Assembly: GCA_040878325.1 (NCBI GenBank) | Contig: JBBDMM010000018.1 | Location: 1-64,000, forward strand | Length of the DNA: 64,000 nt | From: Acidimicrobiia bacterium | Lineage (GTDB): Bacteria > Actinomycetota > Acidimicrobiia > Spongiisociales > UBA11373 | Direction of reading: 5' to 3' | Part shown: in pieces, positions 27,654-35,346 of the stretch | Layout of the letters: every line of letters starts with the position of its first letter | How positions within the stretch are numbered: position 1 is the first letter of the stretch | Translations under genes and position numbers: made by a program | The notes under the pieces: generated by a model | The model's input: the letters and a program-made list of their open reading frames with translations, nothing else | Database searches by the model: none | What the model was told of the DNA's origin: nothing

Positions 27654-30583
27654 GAGGCGAATGCCTCCCGGCCCTCGGGCCATTCGGGGCATACGGAGCG
27701 GACGGCGCATCCATCGCAAGCAGGCCCGGGGATGGGGGTCCAGTCTTCGCCGAAAATTCCTCGCTGCGCGTCGGCCATCGCTGTTTCGACCAGAGGGAGG
27801 TTGGCGAGATCGAACCTGCGGGTGGTGACGCTCTTGGCCCTGGTGGCCGGGAACCACAATTCGGCGCCGCCCACCGGGTCGTCGGATGAGTCGGTGGCGA
27901 GGGCATAGAAGCCCAACTGGACCGACTGGGCTGCCGCGGGCACGCCGGGCACTGTGGTGCCGGTCTTGTAGTCGATGATCCAACGGCCATCGGGCCGGCG
28001 CTCGATCCGGTCGACCCGACCCGACCAGGTGACGCCGTCGACCTCGTGGGTGACCCGCTGCTCCAGGCTCACGGCGGGACCCTGGCCCGGCCAGGCCTCG
28101 TAGAGCTTGGTGGCGATCCGCACCGCCCGTGCCTTCCACGCCTCGGCCCATGCCTCGGAGCCGAAGGCCACGGGGTCGAACTCCTCGTCGAGGATCCGCA
28201 AGGCAGTCGCCAGGTCGGCGTGGTCGGCCCCTTGCTTGCGAGCGCCTTCCTCCGCAAGCTCGAAGACACGGTGGAGCACCGATCCGAGTTCCTGGTACAC
28301 CGAGCCGCCGTCGTCGACGTGGAGCAACCGGCTGAACACATACTTCCGGGGGCACGAGATGTAGGCGTCGGCGGCGCTCGGCGAGAGCGACATCCCGGGG
28401 GAGACCAGCCCATGGTCGGGACCTCGATCGAGGATCCCGGCGAACTCTGATGGGGGCCGGGGGTGCCACTCGGCTTCGTCGGTGAGGGCCGCCAGAGCGG
28501 CAAGCCGGGTCGCCGCAGGGAGCAGCGGGTCGCGCACCTGTCGCCGCAGCCAGGCCTCGGCCTCGAGCGGTGTGGTGGGGTCGACCCAGGGCGGCGGCGG
28601 CTGTGAAGCCTCCTCCATCGAGGACCCCGCCACGAGGGGGAGCACCCGGCTCGGATTACCCGAGGTGCCCTCGTTGGGGGCGACCGTGCAGGTGAAGACC
28701 ACCCGCAGGCGGGCACGACACATGGCGGTGTAAACGAGCCGCATTTCCTCCTGCAGCCGGAACCGCAGGTAGCCGGCATCGTCCTCACCCTGGTTGGGCG
28801 ACAGATGGCGGGCGCCGAGCAGCGAGTCGCGTGTGCGCAGGTCGGGGAGCACCCCTTCGCGGGCGTCGGCGACGATGACCACGTCGAACTCCAACCCCTT
28901 GGCCTGGTGGAGCGTGGTGAGGGCGACGCGGTCGACGCCGTGCTCCCGGTACTCGAGGAGGGGTTGTGCCTCGAAGTCCTCGCTGTCGACCACCGCTGCG
29001 TAGTCGACGAGCGAGGCGCGTGGGTTGCGTTCGCGCAGCCGGTCGAGGGCCTGGGCGAACGAGGCGAGCGCTGCCCGGTCGTCGGACCGGGCCGGTTCGG
29101 CGACAACTCGTTCGAAATGGGGGAGCCGCGTCCACAGCTCCCAGAACCCGTCGGCGGCGGGCTGTTTCGTCGCCCAGTCGCTGATCTTGAGGAAGGGGAC
29201 GAGTGGGGCCGCCGCCGGGCTGCCGGTCACCGCGGTCAACCAATCGTCCCGCATCGCGATCCGCTCCAGGTCGCGGGCCGCCGACAGGGTGAGGCCGACC
29301 ATCGGGCCGAGCAGCACCCGGCGCAGCGAATTGGAGCGTTCGGGCTCGGGCCGGGCGACGGCGGCGACCAGATCGAGGACCGGGCGGATGGCGGGGTGAT
29401 CGACGAGCCGGGCGTCGGGGGGGTCGTGGGGAATCCGGCGGCGGTCGAGGGCCCGGGACAGCTCGGGGAGGAAGCGCCGCTTCGAGCGCACCACCACCGC
29501 CATGCGTAGATAGGGGATGTTGTCGCGAAGGTGGACTCGCTGCAGCTCGGAGGCGATCCACTCCGCTTCATTGGACGCCTGGTCGAAGGCGTAGGTCTCC
29601 ACCGAGCCATCCCCCGGGGCGGGCACCACCGGGCCGGCCGCTCCCGGCAGGCCTGCCCCCGCCGTAACTCGCACCGCGGCGTCGAGGATCGCCCGGGGTA
29701 CCCGGAATGAGGTGGTGAGGACTATGCGCCGTGCCGGTTCGCCGTCGGCGCCTCGAAACCGTTCGGGGAAGGCGGCGACATTCGACAGCTCGGCGCCCCG
29801 GAACGAGTAGATCGACTGATAGGGATCGCCCGCGGCCGTGACATTTCCGTGCGGCTGGCAGATTCGCTCGACCATGCGCGCCTGGGCAACGGTCGTGTCC
29901 TGATACTCGTCGACGAGGACGTACTGAAACGCCGCCGCGATCGCTTCGCGTACCGACGGTGCCTCCAGCAGACGGACCGCCTCGGCCTGGAGGGTGCCGT
30001 AGTCGATGCGGTCGCGTTCGAGCAGCGCGACGCGGTACCTGCGGAAGAAGGCGGGGAGCGCCCGCCAGTCAGCCCGGCCCCTGGCGGCGATCTCGTCGGG
30101 CCCCATCAGCCGCTCGGATGCCCGTTGCATGAAATCGGTGACCTCGTCGGCGAAGCTGCGCGAACCGAGCATCGTGCGGAAGGGCAGCGGCCAGTCGCTC
30201 GCGTCCTCGGCGGCGAGCAACTCCGAGATCAACGCCACATGCTCGGGGCCGGTGAGGATCTGGGGGGCGGTTGCCCAGTCGCCGGCAGATCCGTGTGCTT
30301 CGACCACCCGCATCGCCAGCGCGTGGAAAGTCATGGCCGGGACGACAGTGAGCGACCGCTCGATCCCGGCGACGACTCGGGAGCGGAGCTCGGCTGCACC
30401 ACGTCGGGAGAATGACAGCAGGAGCACCTGTTCCGGGGCGACGCCCGAGGCGATCAGATGGCGCGCCCGGCGCGCCAGGAACTCGGTCTTGCCGGCTCCC
30501 GGCCCGGCGACCACCAACTGAGGGCCCTCGGTATCGGCAATCGCCGCATCCCAGCCCTCCGGCTCTACAAGCAGTTCACGCAC
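27650..30583 (-). CDS. adnA: AdnA-like UvrD helicase with C-terminal PD-(D/E)XK nuclease
   Basis: AGPGAGKT, VDEYQD, GDPYQSIYSFRGA, HQAKGLEF, GRVDRIE..IIDYKTG; start GTG 30583 inferred. Confidence 0.88.
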   Translation of the reverse strand: MRELLVEPEGWDAAIADTEGPQLVVAGPGAGKTEFLARRARHLIASGVAPEQVLLLSFSRRGAAELRSRVVAGIERSLTVVPAMTFHALAMRVVEAHGSAGDWATAPQILTGPEHVALISELLAAEDASDWPLPFRTMLGSRSFADEVTDFMQRASERLMGPDEIAARGRADWRALPAFFRRYRVALLERDRIDYGTLQAEAVRLLEAPSVREAIAAAFQYVLVDEYQDTTVAQARMVERICQPHGNVTAAGDPYQSIYSFRGAELSNVAAFPERFRGADGEPARRIVLTTSFRVPRAILDAAVRVTAGAGLPGAAGPVVPAPGDGSVETYAFDQASNEAEWIASELQRVHLRDNIPYLRMAVVVRSKRRFLPELSRALDRRRIPHDPPDARLVDHPAIRPVLDLVAAVARPEPERSNSLRRVLLGPMVGLTLSAARDLERIAMRDDWLTAVTGSPAAAPLVPFLKISDWATKQPAADGFWELWTRLPHFERVVAEPARSDDRAALASFAQALDRLRERNPRASLVDYAAVVDSEDFEAQPLLEYREHGVDRVALTTLHQAKGLEFDVVIVADAREGVLPDLRTRDSLLGARHLSPNQGEDDAGYLRFRLQEEMRLVYTAMCRARLRVVFTCTVAPNEGTSGNPSRVLPLVAGSSMEEASQPPPPWVDPTTPLEAEAWLRRQVRDPLLPAATRLAALAALTDEAEWHPRPPSEFAGILDRGPDHGLVSPGMSLSPSAADAYISCPRKYVFSRLLHVDDGGSVYQELGSVLHRVFELAEEGARKQGADHADLATALRILDEEFDPVAFGSEAWAEAWKARAVRIATKLYEAWPGQGPAVSLEQRVTHEVDGVTWSGRVDRIERRPDGRWIIDYKTGTTVPGVPAAAQSVQLGFYALATDSSDDPVGGAELWFPATRAKSVTTRRFDLANLPLVETAMADAQRGIFGEDWTPIPGPACDGCAVRSVCPEWPEGREAFAS

Positions 30584-30589
30584 GATGTG

Positions 30590-30611
30590 AAGGTAACGGT
30601 TAGGTGTGACA
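30590..30611 (-). promoter_or_regulatory. PafBC/RecA-NDp-like promoter of adnAB
   Basis: Minus strand TGTCAC-N10-TACCTT, 6 nt before GTG. Confidence 0.65.
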
Positions 30612-30612
30612 C

Positions 30613-30660
30613 GCGGGGGCCCTTCGCTTCGCTCGGCCCCCGCAATTCGCAATAACGCAA
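30613..30660. repeat. REP-like palindrome with CGCAA(T) heptamer tail
   Basis: GCGGGGGCC CTTCGCTTCGCTC GGCCCCCGC AATT; related copies at 38788, 41815, 43569, 60664. Confidence 0.65.
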
Positions 30661-30699
30661 GAACGGGTGATCGCACTCGACGGGGTCAGGTCGGATCTT

Positions 30700-30729
30700 G
30701 CGGATGGAGGATGGAGGATGGCGGATGGC
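30700..30729. repeat. Heptamer repeat (GGATGG[A/C]) x4
   Basis: Seen directly. Confidence 0.85.
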
Positions 30730-30731
30730 TC

Positions 30732-31208
30732 TCAGATTCCCAGTGGCTCCTGATGCATCTGGGTGGTGCCGTCGTGGCGGAGGTGGAGGACCCGGGCGCC
30801 GCGGTCGAGCAAGGCGGGGGTGATGAGGGTGGACCGGTGGCAGTTGGCTGGGTCCTCCTCGGCGCAGAGGATGGCGACGGGTCCGCCTGCGGCGATTTCG
30901 AGGAGCAGGCCGAGGTCGGCGGCGAAGCCGGGGGTGGCGGCGATGCGGGCGGGGTCCGGCAGACCATCGGGCCCTTGCAGGGAGGGGTGGGTGGGCCGGC
31001 CCCCGAGCTGGCGGCCGAGAAATCGATAGCCGATACCCGCGTCGGCGCACATTTGGTCGAGAAGGGGGCGGGCGAAGTCGGGCGCGTGGGTGCTGTACGG
31101 AGCCGAGCGGATGTCGATCAGAGTGCTGACTCCGGCCTCACGGAGAAGGGCCGCAATCCTCTCGAACGGCTCGCGTCCATGACCGACGGTGTAGATCGTG
31201 ACGGTCAA
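30732..31208 (-). CDS. DUF488 family protein
   Basis: IYTVGH, LIDIRSAPYS, LGGRP, LCAEEDP..CHR; start TTG 31208 inferred. Confidence 0.88.
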   Translation of the reverse strand: MTVTIYTVGHGREPFERIAALLREAGVSTLIDIRSAPYSTHAPDFARPLLDQMCADAGIGYRFLGRQLGGRPTHPSLQGPDGLPDPARIAATPGFAADLGLLLEIAAGGPVAILCAEEDPANCHRSTLITPALLDRGARVLHLRHDGTTQMHQEPLGI

Positions 31209-31269
31209 GCTGGCGGCCCCCTTCGACCCGTTAGATTGGACTTCCCGCCATTCTGCTGGAAAGAGGACC

Positions 31270-32556
31270 ATGGAGCAGAAGTTCGTCGGTGAGGGTCTGC
31301 GCGAGTGGGACTCACCGCTCTACCAAGAAGCGTTGCACCAGTTCGACCGGGTCGCCGAGATGACCGGCCTCGACGACAACATCGCCGAACGGCTCCGAGT
31401 GCCACAGCGATCGATCATCGTCACCTTCCCGTATCGGCGGGACGACTACTCGGACGTCGAGAGCCTGTTCGGGTACCGGGTTCAGCATCTCCTCACGATG
31501 GGTCCCACCAAGGGCGGCATCCGTTACTCCCCCGACGTGAACCTCGGTGAGGTCGCCGCCCTGGCGATGCTGATGACGTGGAAGTGCGCCATCGTCGGCC
31601 TGCCGTTCGGCGGGGCCAAGGGTGGGGTGCGAGTGGATCCGCTCACCCTCAGCCGGTCGGAGAAGCAACGCGTCACCCGCCGGTACACCGCCGAGATCAT
31701 CGACTTCATCGGCCCCAACAAGGACATCCCCGCCCCCGACATGGGTACCGACGAGCAGACCATGGCGTGGATCATGGACACCTACAGCCAGCAGAAGGGC
31801 CACGCCGTGCCGGCGGTCGTCACTGGTAAGCCCCCGGCGCTCGGCGGTTCAGTCGCTCGTCGCGAGGCGACTGGTCGGGGAATGGTCAGCCTTTTGCCGG
31901 TGGCCGCCCAACAGATCGGTCTCACCGTGGAAGGAGCGCGCGTCTCCGTCCATGGATTCGGGAATGTCGGCCGCTATGCGGCAGTGGCCGCCCACCAACT
32001 CGGCACCAAGGTGGTTGCGATCTCCGACATCTCCGGCGGGGCCCACAACGGAAATGGGCTCGATATCGACGAGGCGATGGCCTATGTCGACAAGAACCGG
32101 ACCCTCGAGGGTTACAACGGCGGTGGCGACCGCATCACCAACGAGGAGATCCTCGCCATCGACTGCGACGTGCTGATGCCGTGCGCCACCGGGGGAGTGA
32201 TCACCGAGGCCAACGCCGGGGATGTGAAGGCGAAGATGATCATGGAAGGCGCCAACGGGCCGACCACTCTCGCCGCCGACGACATTCTCAGAGACCGGGG
32301 GGTGCTGGTGATCCCCGACATCCTCGCCAACGCCGGTGGCGTGACCGTCTCCTACTTCGAATGGGTCCAGGACCTGCAGAACTACTTCTGGTCGGAGTCG
32401 GAGATCGTGGGGCGGCTGCGCGAGATCATGAGCCGGGCTTACGACGAAGTGTCGTCGGTGGCGACGAAGCACAACACCGACCTGCGCACCGCCGCCCTCA
32501 TCAAGGGGATTCGCCGAGTCGCCGAGGCCAAACTGGCCCGCGGCGTCTTTCCGTAG
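31270..32556 (+). CDS. gdhA: Glu/Leu/Phe/Val dehydrogenase (glutamate dehydrogenase)
   Basis: GPTKGGIRY, GGAKGG, DIPAPD, GFGNVG, EGANGP, ANAGGV.VSYFEW. Confidence 0.93.
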   Translation: MEQKFVGEGLREWDSPLYQEALHQFDRVAEMTGLDDNIAERLRVPQRSIIVTFPYRRDDYSDVESLFGYRVQHLLTMGPTKGGIRYSPDVNLGEVAALAMLMTWKCAIVGLPFGGAKGGVRVDPLTLSRSEKQRVTRRYTAEIIDFIGPNKDIPAPDMGTDEQTMAWIMDTYSQQKGHAVPAVVTGKPPALGGSVARREATGRGMVSLLPVAAQQIGLTVEGARVSVHGFGNVGRYAAVAAHQLGTKVVAISDISGGAHNGNGLDIDEAMAYVDKNRTLEGYNGGGDRITNEEILAIDCDVLMPCATGGVITEANAGDVKAKMIMEGANGPTTLAADDILRDRGVLVIPDILANAGGVTVSYFEWVQDLQNYFWSESEIVGRLREIMSRAYDEVSSVATKHNTDLRTAALIKGIRRVAEAKLARGVFP

Positions 32557-32571
32557 GCCGGGGCTACGCCT

Positions 32572-33366
32572 CTATTGGCCTGCCGCCGCCAATGCCTTGG
32601 CCGCGACCTCCGTGCCCGCCCATGCGGGGCAGATCGATTGGAACGAGCACCAGTCGCAGAGGCGGCTGACCCGTGGGGGGAACCGTTCTTCGTCGATGGC
32701 CTTGTCGATCGCGGACCAGAGCGCTCGCAGTTGACGGTCCATCGCGTCCAGTTGGGCGTCGTTCACCGGGATCCGGTACACCGTCGGCCCGTTCAAGTAC
32801 ATCAGCTGGATCTCGTCGGGAGTGCGCCCGGTCTTGCGGCGGATCAACAGCGCATAGATCTTGAGAGCGAAGAATGCCGGAAGGGCGTATCGCTCGGGGG
32901 GCGCCTTTCCCGTCTTGTAGTCGGTGATCACCAGCCGGCCATCGGCGGTCTCCTCCATCCGGTCGAGGATTCCCCGGATGGTGATGCCTTCGAGATCCTC
33001 GAGCATGTCGAGTTCGCGATCGATGGGATCGAACGAGGTGGGGTCCTCGATCGAGAAGTAGTTGGCCAACAGGGCGAGACTCTCGATCCCCCAGGCTCGT
33101 TCCTCCTCGGTCGTCTCGAACAGGCCCTCGTATTCGCCCATCCGCACCTCGGCCCAAGCGACGCGGAACAGATCGAAGAGCACTTCGGGCGTTCGGCCTG
33201 CGGCGGGTAGGTCGAACAGCCGTTGCAGAGCGAGGTGAGCCGTGGTGCCTCGTGCCTGATAGACCGTGGTCGGTTCAGGCAGGCGGTCGATCGCTCGGAA
33301 TTTGAAGAGCTGGGGGCAGGTCTTGAAATCGCTTGCCCGGCTCGGACTCAATGTCTCCAGTCCCAT
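32572..33366 (-). CDS. Stand-alone RecB-family PD-(D/E)XK exonuclease with four Cys (Fe-S)
   Basis: LSPSRASDFKTCP, RGILDR, DYKTG, YA, CDWC..QSICP. Confidence 0.92.
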   Translation of the reverse strand: MGLETLSPSRASDFKTCPQLFKFRAIDRLPEPTTVYQARGTTAHLALQRLFDLPAAGRTPEVLFDLFRVAWAEVRMGEYEGLFETTEEERAWGIESLALLANYFSIEDPTSFDPIDRELDMLEDLEGITIRGILDRMEETADGRLVITDYKTGKAPPERYALPAFFALKIYALLIRRKTGRTPDEIQLMYLNGPTVYRIPVNDAQLDAMDRQLRALWSAIDKAIDEERFPPRVSRLCDWCSFQSICPAWAGTEVAAKALAAAGQ

Positions 33367-33374
33367 GCCTCGGG

Positions 33375-33396
33375 ACTATACGTCACCCGACTGACA
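33375..33396 (-). promoter_or_regulatory. PafBC/RecA-NDp-like promoter of the RecB-family nuclease
   Basis: Minus strand TGTCAG-N10-TATAGT, 8 nt before ATG. Confidence 0.75.
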
Positions 33397-34579
33397 CAGA
33401 TGTAGTTCGGAGCTGCTTGCGGGGTCCGATGTCGCCTTCCAGGAGGCTGAAGACGAGCGACCCGACCGTCACCCAAACGGCGGCGATGAGGAACATCGAC
33501 GAGTAGCCGAACCAGGTCACCAGGGCCCCGAACATCGGACCGCCGATGAGGGCCCCCATGTCGAACAGGCCGGTGAAGATCGCCGACGCGGACCCCCGGT
33601 CGGTGGAGGCAGCCCGGGTGAACGCCAGCGAGTACAGGATTGGGAACGCATAGGCGTGCCCCGCTCCGCAGAACGCTCCGGCCAGCAGAATCGATCCGCC
33701 GTCGCTGGCCGTCGCCAGCAGGACGAAACCGGTGGCGAAGACCAACATCGCCGGGTACAGCACTCGCTTGGGGCCGATCTTGTCCGGCAGCCATCCACCG
33801 ACGAGCCGCAACGACATCGCGGTGCCGGCATAGGCAGCGAAGAAGCCGGCGACGGTCCCGATCCCCGTCTCATCCACGAACGTGCGCAGGAAGGTGAAGT
33901 AGGCGGTCAACGACAGGGCGAATACCAGGGTGAGCCACCACAGCGGGCGGAGGTTGGGCTGCTTCAGGGGGCGCAAGAAGGACACCGCCCCGTCCTTGCC
34001 CATGGGAACGCACGATTCGGGAATCCGGGTGGAGAGCGCCAGTCCGATCACGCTGAGGCCGAGGGAAGTCAGGAAGAGGCCGTCGAAGTCCCAACGATCG
34101 AGCACGAACTCGCCGAGCACTCCGCCCAGCGCGATCGGTAGTAGCCCTGACACTCCGAAAAGGGCGAGGCCCTGGGTCCGCTTCCTTTCGGGAACCAGGT
34201 CGGCGGCGATCGTGTGGATGGCAGTGAACGCCAGCGCCACCCCGAAGCCATGGATGATCCGGATGGTGTAGAGCCACGGTCCGAGCGACGTCACCGTGAG
34301 GTAGAGGCCGAGGACGCAGACATTCACCGCGCCGCCGAGCAACAGCACCGGCCGCCGGCCGCGCCGGTCGAGTTCCCGGCCGAGGAGGGGGCGGGCCGCC
34401 AGTGCGCTGAGCGCCGTCGCCGCGACCACCAACCCGATCTCGACCTTGCTCGCCCCCACCCCCTCGAGGAACCGGGGGAAGTGGACGAACAGAAAGAAGG
34501 CGAGGCCCGACACGAGGCTTACCAGCCACGCGGCCACGAAGTGGGGGGTGAGGAGGCGGTCCATCGCGGCGCGGGACAT
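33383..34579 (-). CDS. MFS transporter
   Basis: About 12 TM; G..LDRRGRR motif A, D.VP..KRTQG, G.LPDKIG; start 34579 or 34564. Confidence 0.92.
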   Translation of the reverse strand: MSRAAMDRLLTPHFVAAWLVSLVSGLAFFLFVHFPRFLEGVGASKVEIGLVVAATALSALAARPLLGRELDRRGRRPVLLLGGAVNVCVLGLYLTVTSLGPWLYTIRIIHGFGVALAFTAIHTIAADLVPERKRTQGLALFGVSGLLPIALGGVLGEFVLDRWDFDGLFLTSLGLSVIGLALSTRIPESCVPMGKDGAVSFLRPLKQPNLRPLWWLTLVFALSLTAYFTFLRTFVDETGIGTVAGFFAAYAGTAMSLRLVGGWLPDKIGPKRVLYPAMLVFATGFVLLATASDGGSILLAGAFCGAGHAYAFPILYSLAFTRAASTDRGSASAIFTGLFDMGALIGGPMFGALVTWFGYSSMFLIAAVWVTVGSLVFSLLEGDIGPRKQLRTTSVSVG

Positions 34580-34608
34580 TAGAACTGCCGCACGCCACCG
34601 GAATCCCG

Positions 34609-34683
34609 CGCGAAAACTCGGGTAGGCACGCGAAAACGAGATAGCAGTTTCGGTTGCCCGCGTCGTGGGCAAGGTCGTATGGT
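34609..34683 (+). promoter_or_regulatory. Promoter of candidate ncRNA-1 with upstream CGCGAAAA direct repeat
   Basis: CGCGAAAA at 34609 and 34629, ATAGC 34641, TTGCCC 34654, 18 bp, TATGGT 34678. Confidence 0.7.
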
Positions 34684-34689
34684 GCCCCC

Positions 34690-34959
34690 AGTTCTTCCCG
34701 AGGATCCGAAAGGAAACACGGGAGGCGGCCCCGGGGACCACCCCGCAAGGGGTCGCCGGAGAGGGTCTTCGGGCTCACTTCGGCGCCACGGGGCCACGGC
34801 CCACCGCTGGGCTTCGGTCCAGCAGGAGGGTGCCGGGCGGTGGCAACACCGGTCGGTTCCCCCTGGGGAGCAGCCCGCAAGGGTTTGCTCAACGGGGGGA
34901 CATGGAGCCCCGAGAGGGCTGCGGCTTCGGCCAAAGCTTTCTCGGGGTTCCACCTTTTT
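34690..34959 (+). ncRNA. Candidate structured ncRNA-1 (~270 nt), family unrecognised
   Basis: Seven stems capped by GNRA or C(UUCG)G, many G-U pairs on the + strand, promoter upstream, 18-bp hairpin plus TTTTT at the 3' end. Confidence 0.8.
34903..34959 (+). terminator. 3' hairpin / intrinsic terminator of ncRNA-1
   Basis: TGGAGCCCCGAGAGGGCT pairs with AGCTTTCTCGGGGTTCCA, then CCTTTTT. Confidence 0.75.
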
Positions 34960-34961
34960 GG

Positions 34962-35022
34962 AGTCTCCAGTCTCCAGTCTCTCCAGTCTCCAGATTCCAG
35001 TCTCCAGTGACTGGAGACTGGA
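34962..35022. repeat. Heptamer repeat (AGTCTCC)n with inverse, separating the two ncRNA units
   Basis: Seen directly. Confidence 0.9.
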
Positions 35023-35028
35023 ATTGCC

Positions 35029-35102
35029 CGCGAAAACTCCGGCTGAGACGCGAAATCCATATAGCGTTCTGGCTTGCGCTCGGTGGGGGTGGCACGTACT
35101 GT
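35029..35102 (+). promoter_or_regulatory. Promoter of candidate ncRNA-2, paralogous to 34609-34683
   Basis: CGCGAAAA 35029, CGCGAAAT 35049, ATAGC 35061, TTGCGC 35074, 17 bp, TACTGT 35097. Confidence 0.7.
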
Positions 35103-35109
35103 CCCACTT

Positions 35110-35346
35110 GTCCAAGCAGCGATGCGGGGATGCCAAGAGCCGGTAACGGCAGGCGGCGGCTTCCGACCTAGCTCCTTCGGGAGGGTCGCATCGGCCGAAA
35201 GGTACGGTGCGGTCGCCGGGCCGGCTTTGACACCGAACTTCGGTTCGAGGTCAGGGACAGGAGCGATTCGCAAGGAGCGCTTCGATCGGAACAACCCCGA
35301 GAGGGTGGAGGCTTCGGCCAAGACTCCCTCGGGGTTTTCCGCGTTC
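35110..35346 (+). ncRNA. Candidate structured ncRNA-2 (~240 nt), family unrecognised
   Basis: Six stems capped by GNRA or C(UUCG)G; 3' hairpin homologous to that of ncRNA-1. Confidence 0.75.

Noticed and set aside
27654..28469. N-terminal extension of the 24591-28469 ORF
   Set aside because: Overlaps the adnA 3' end in another frame; the real start is ATG 27653, coupled to the adnA stop
32572..33366. Cas4 / CRISPR system
   Set aside because: No cas1, cas2 or repeat-spacer array; looks like a housekeeping RecB-family nuclease with a repair-type promoter
35234..35247. CGAAC-TTCG-GTTCG matches a Gram-positive LexA box
   Set aside because: It is the tip of a longer C(UUCG)G hairpin, about 125 nt inside ncRNA-2 and not overlapping a promoter
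34690..35346. Assignment to RNase P RNA, tmRNA, SRP, tRNA, 6S/Ms1 or a riboswitch
   Set aside because: No GAGGAAAGUCC, no tRNA-like ends or T-loop, no canonical SRP loop, no long rod with a central bubble; the downstream gene has its own -10 (TACTCT 35481). Judged by eye only; cmscan is still needed
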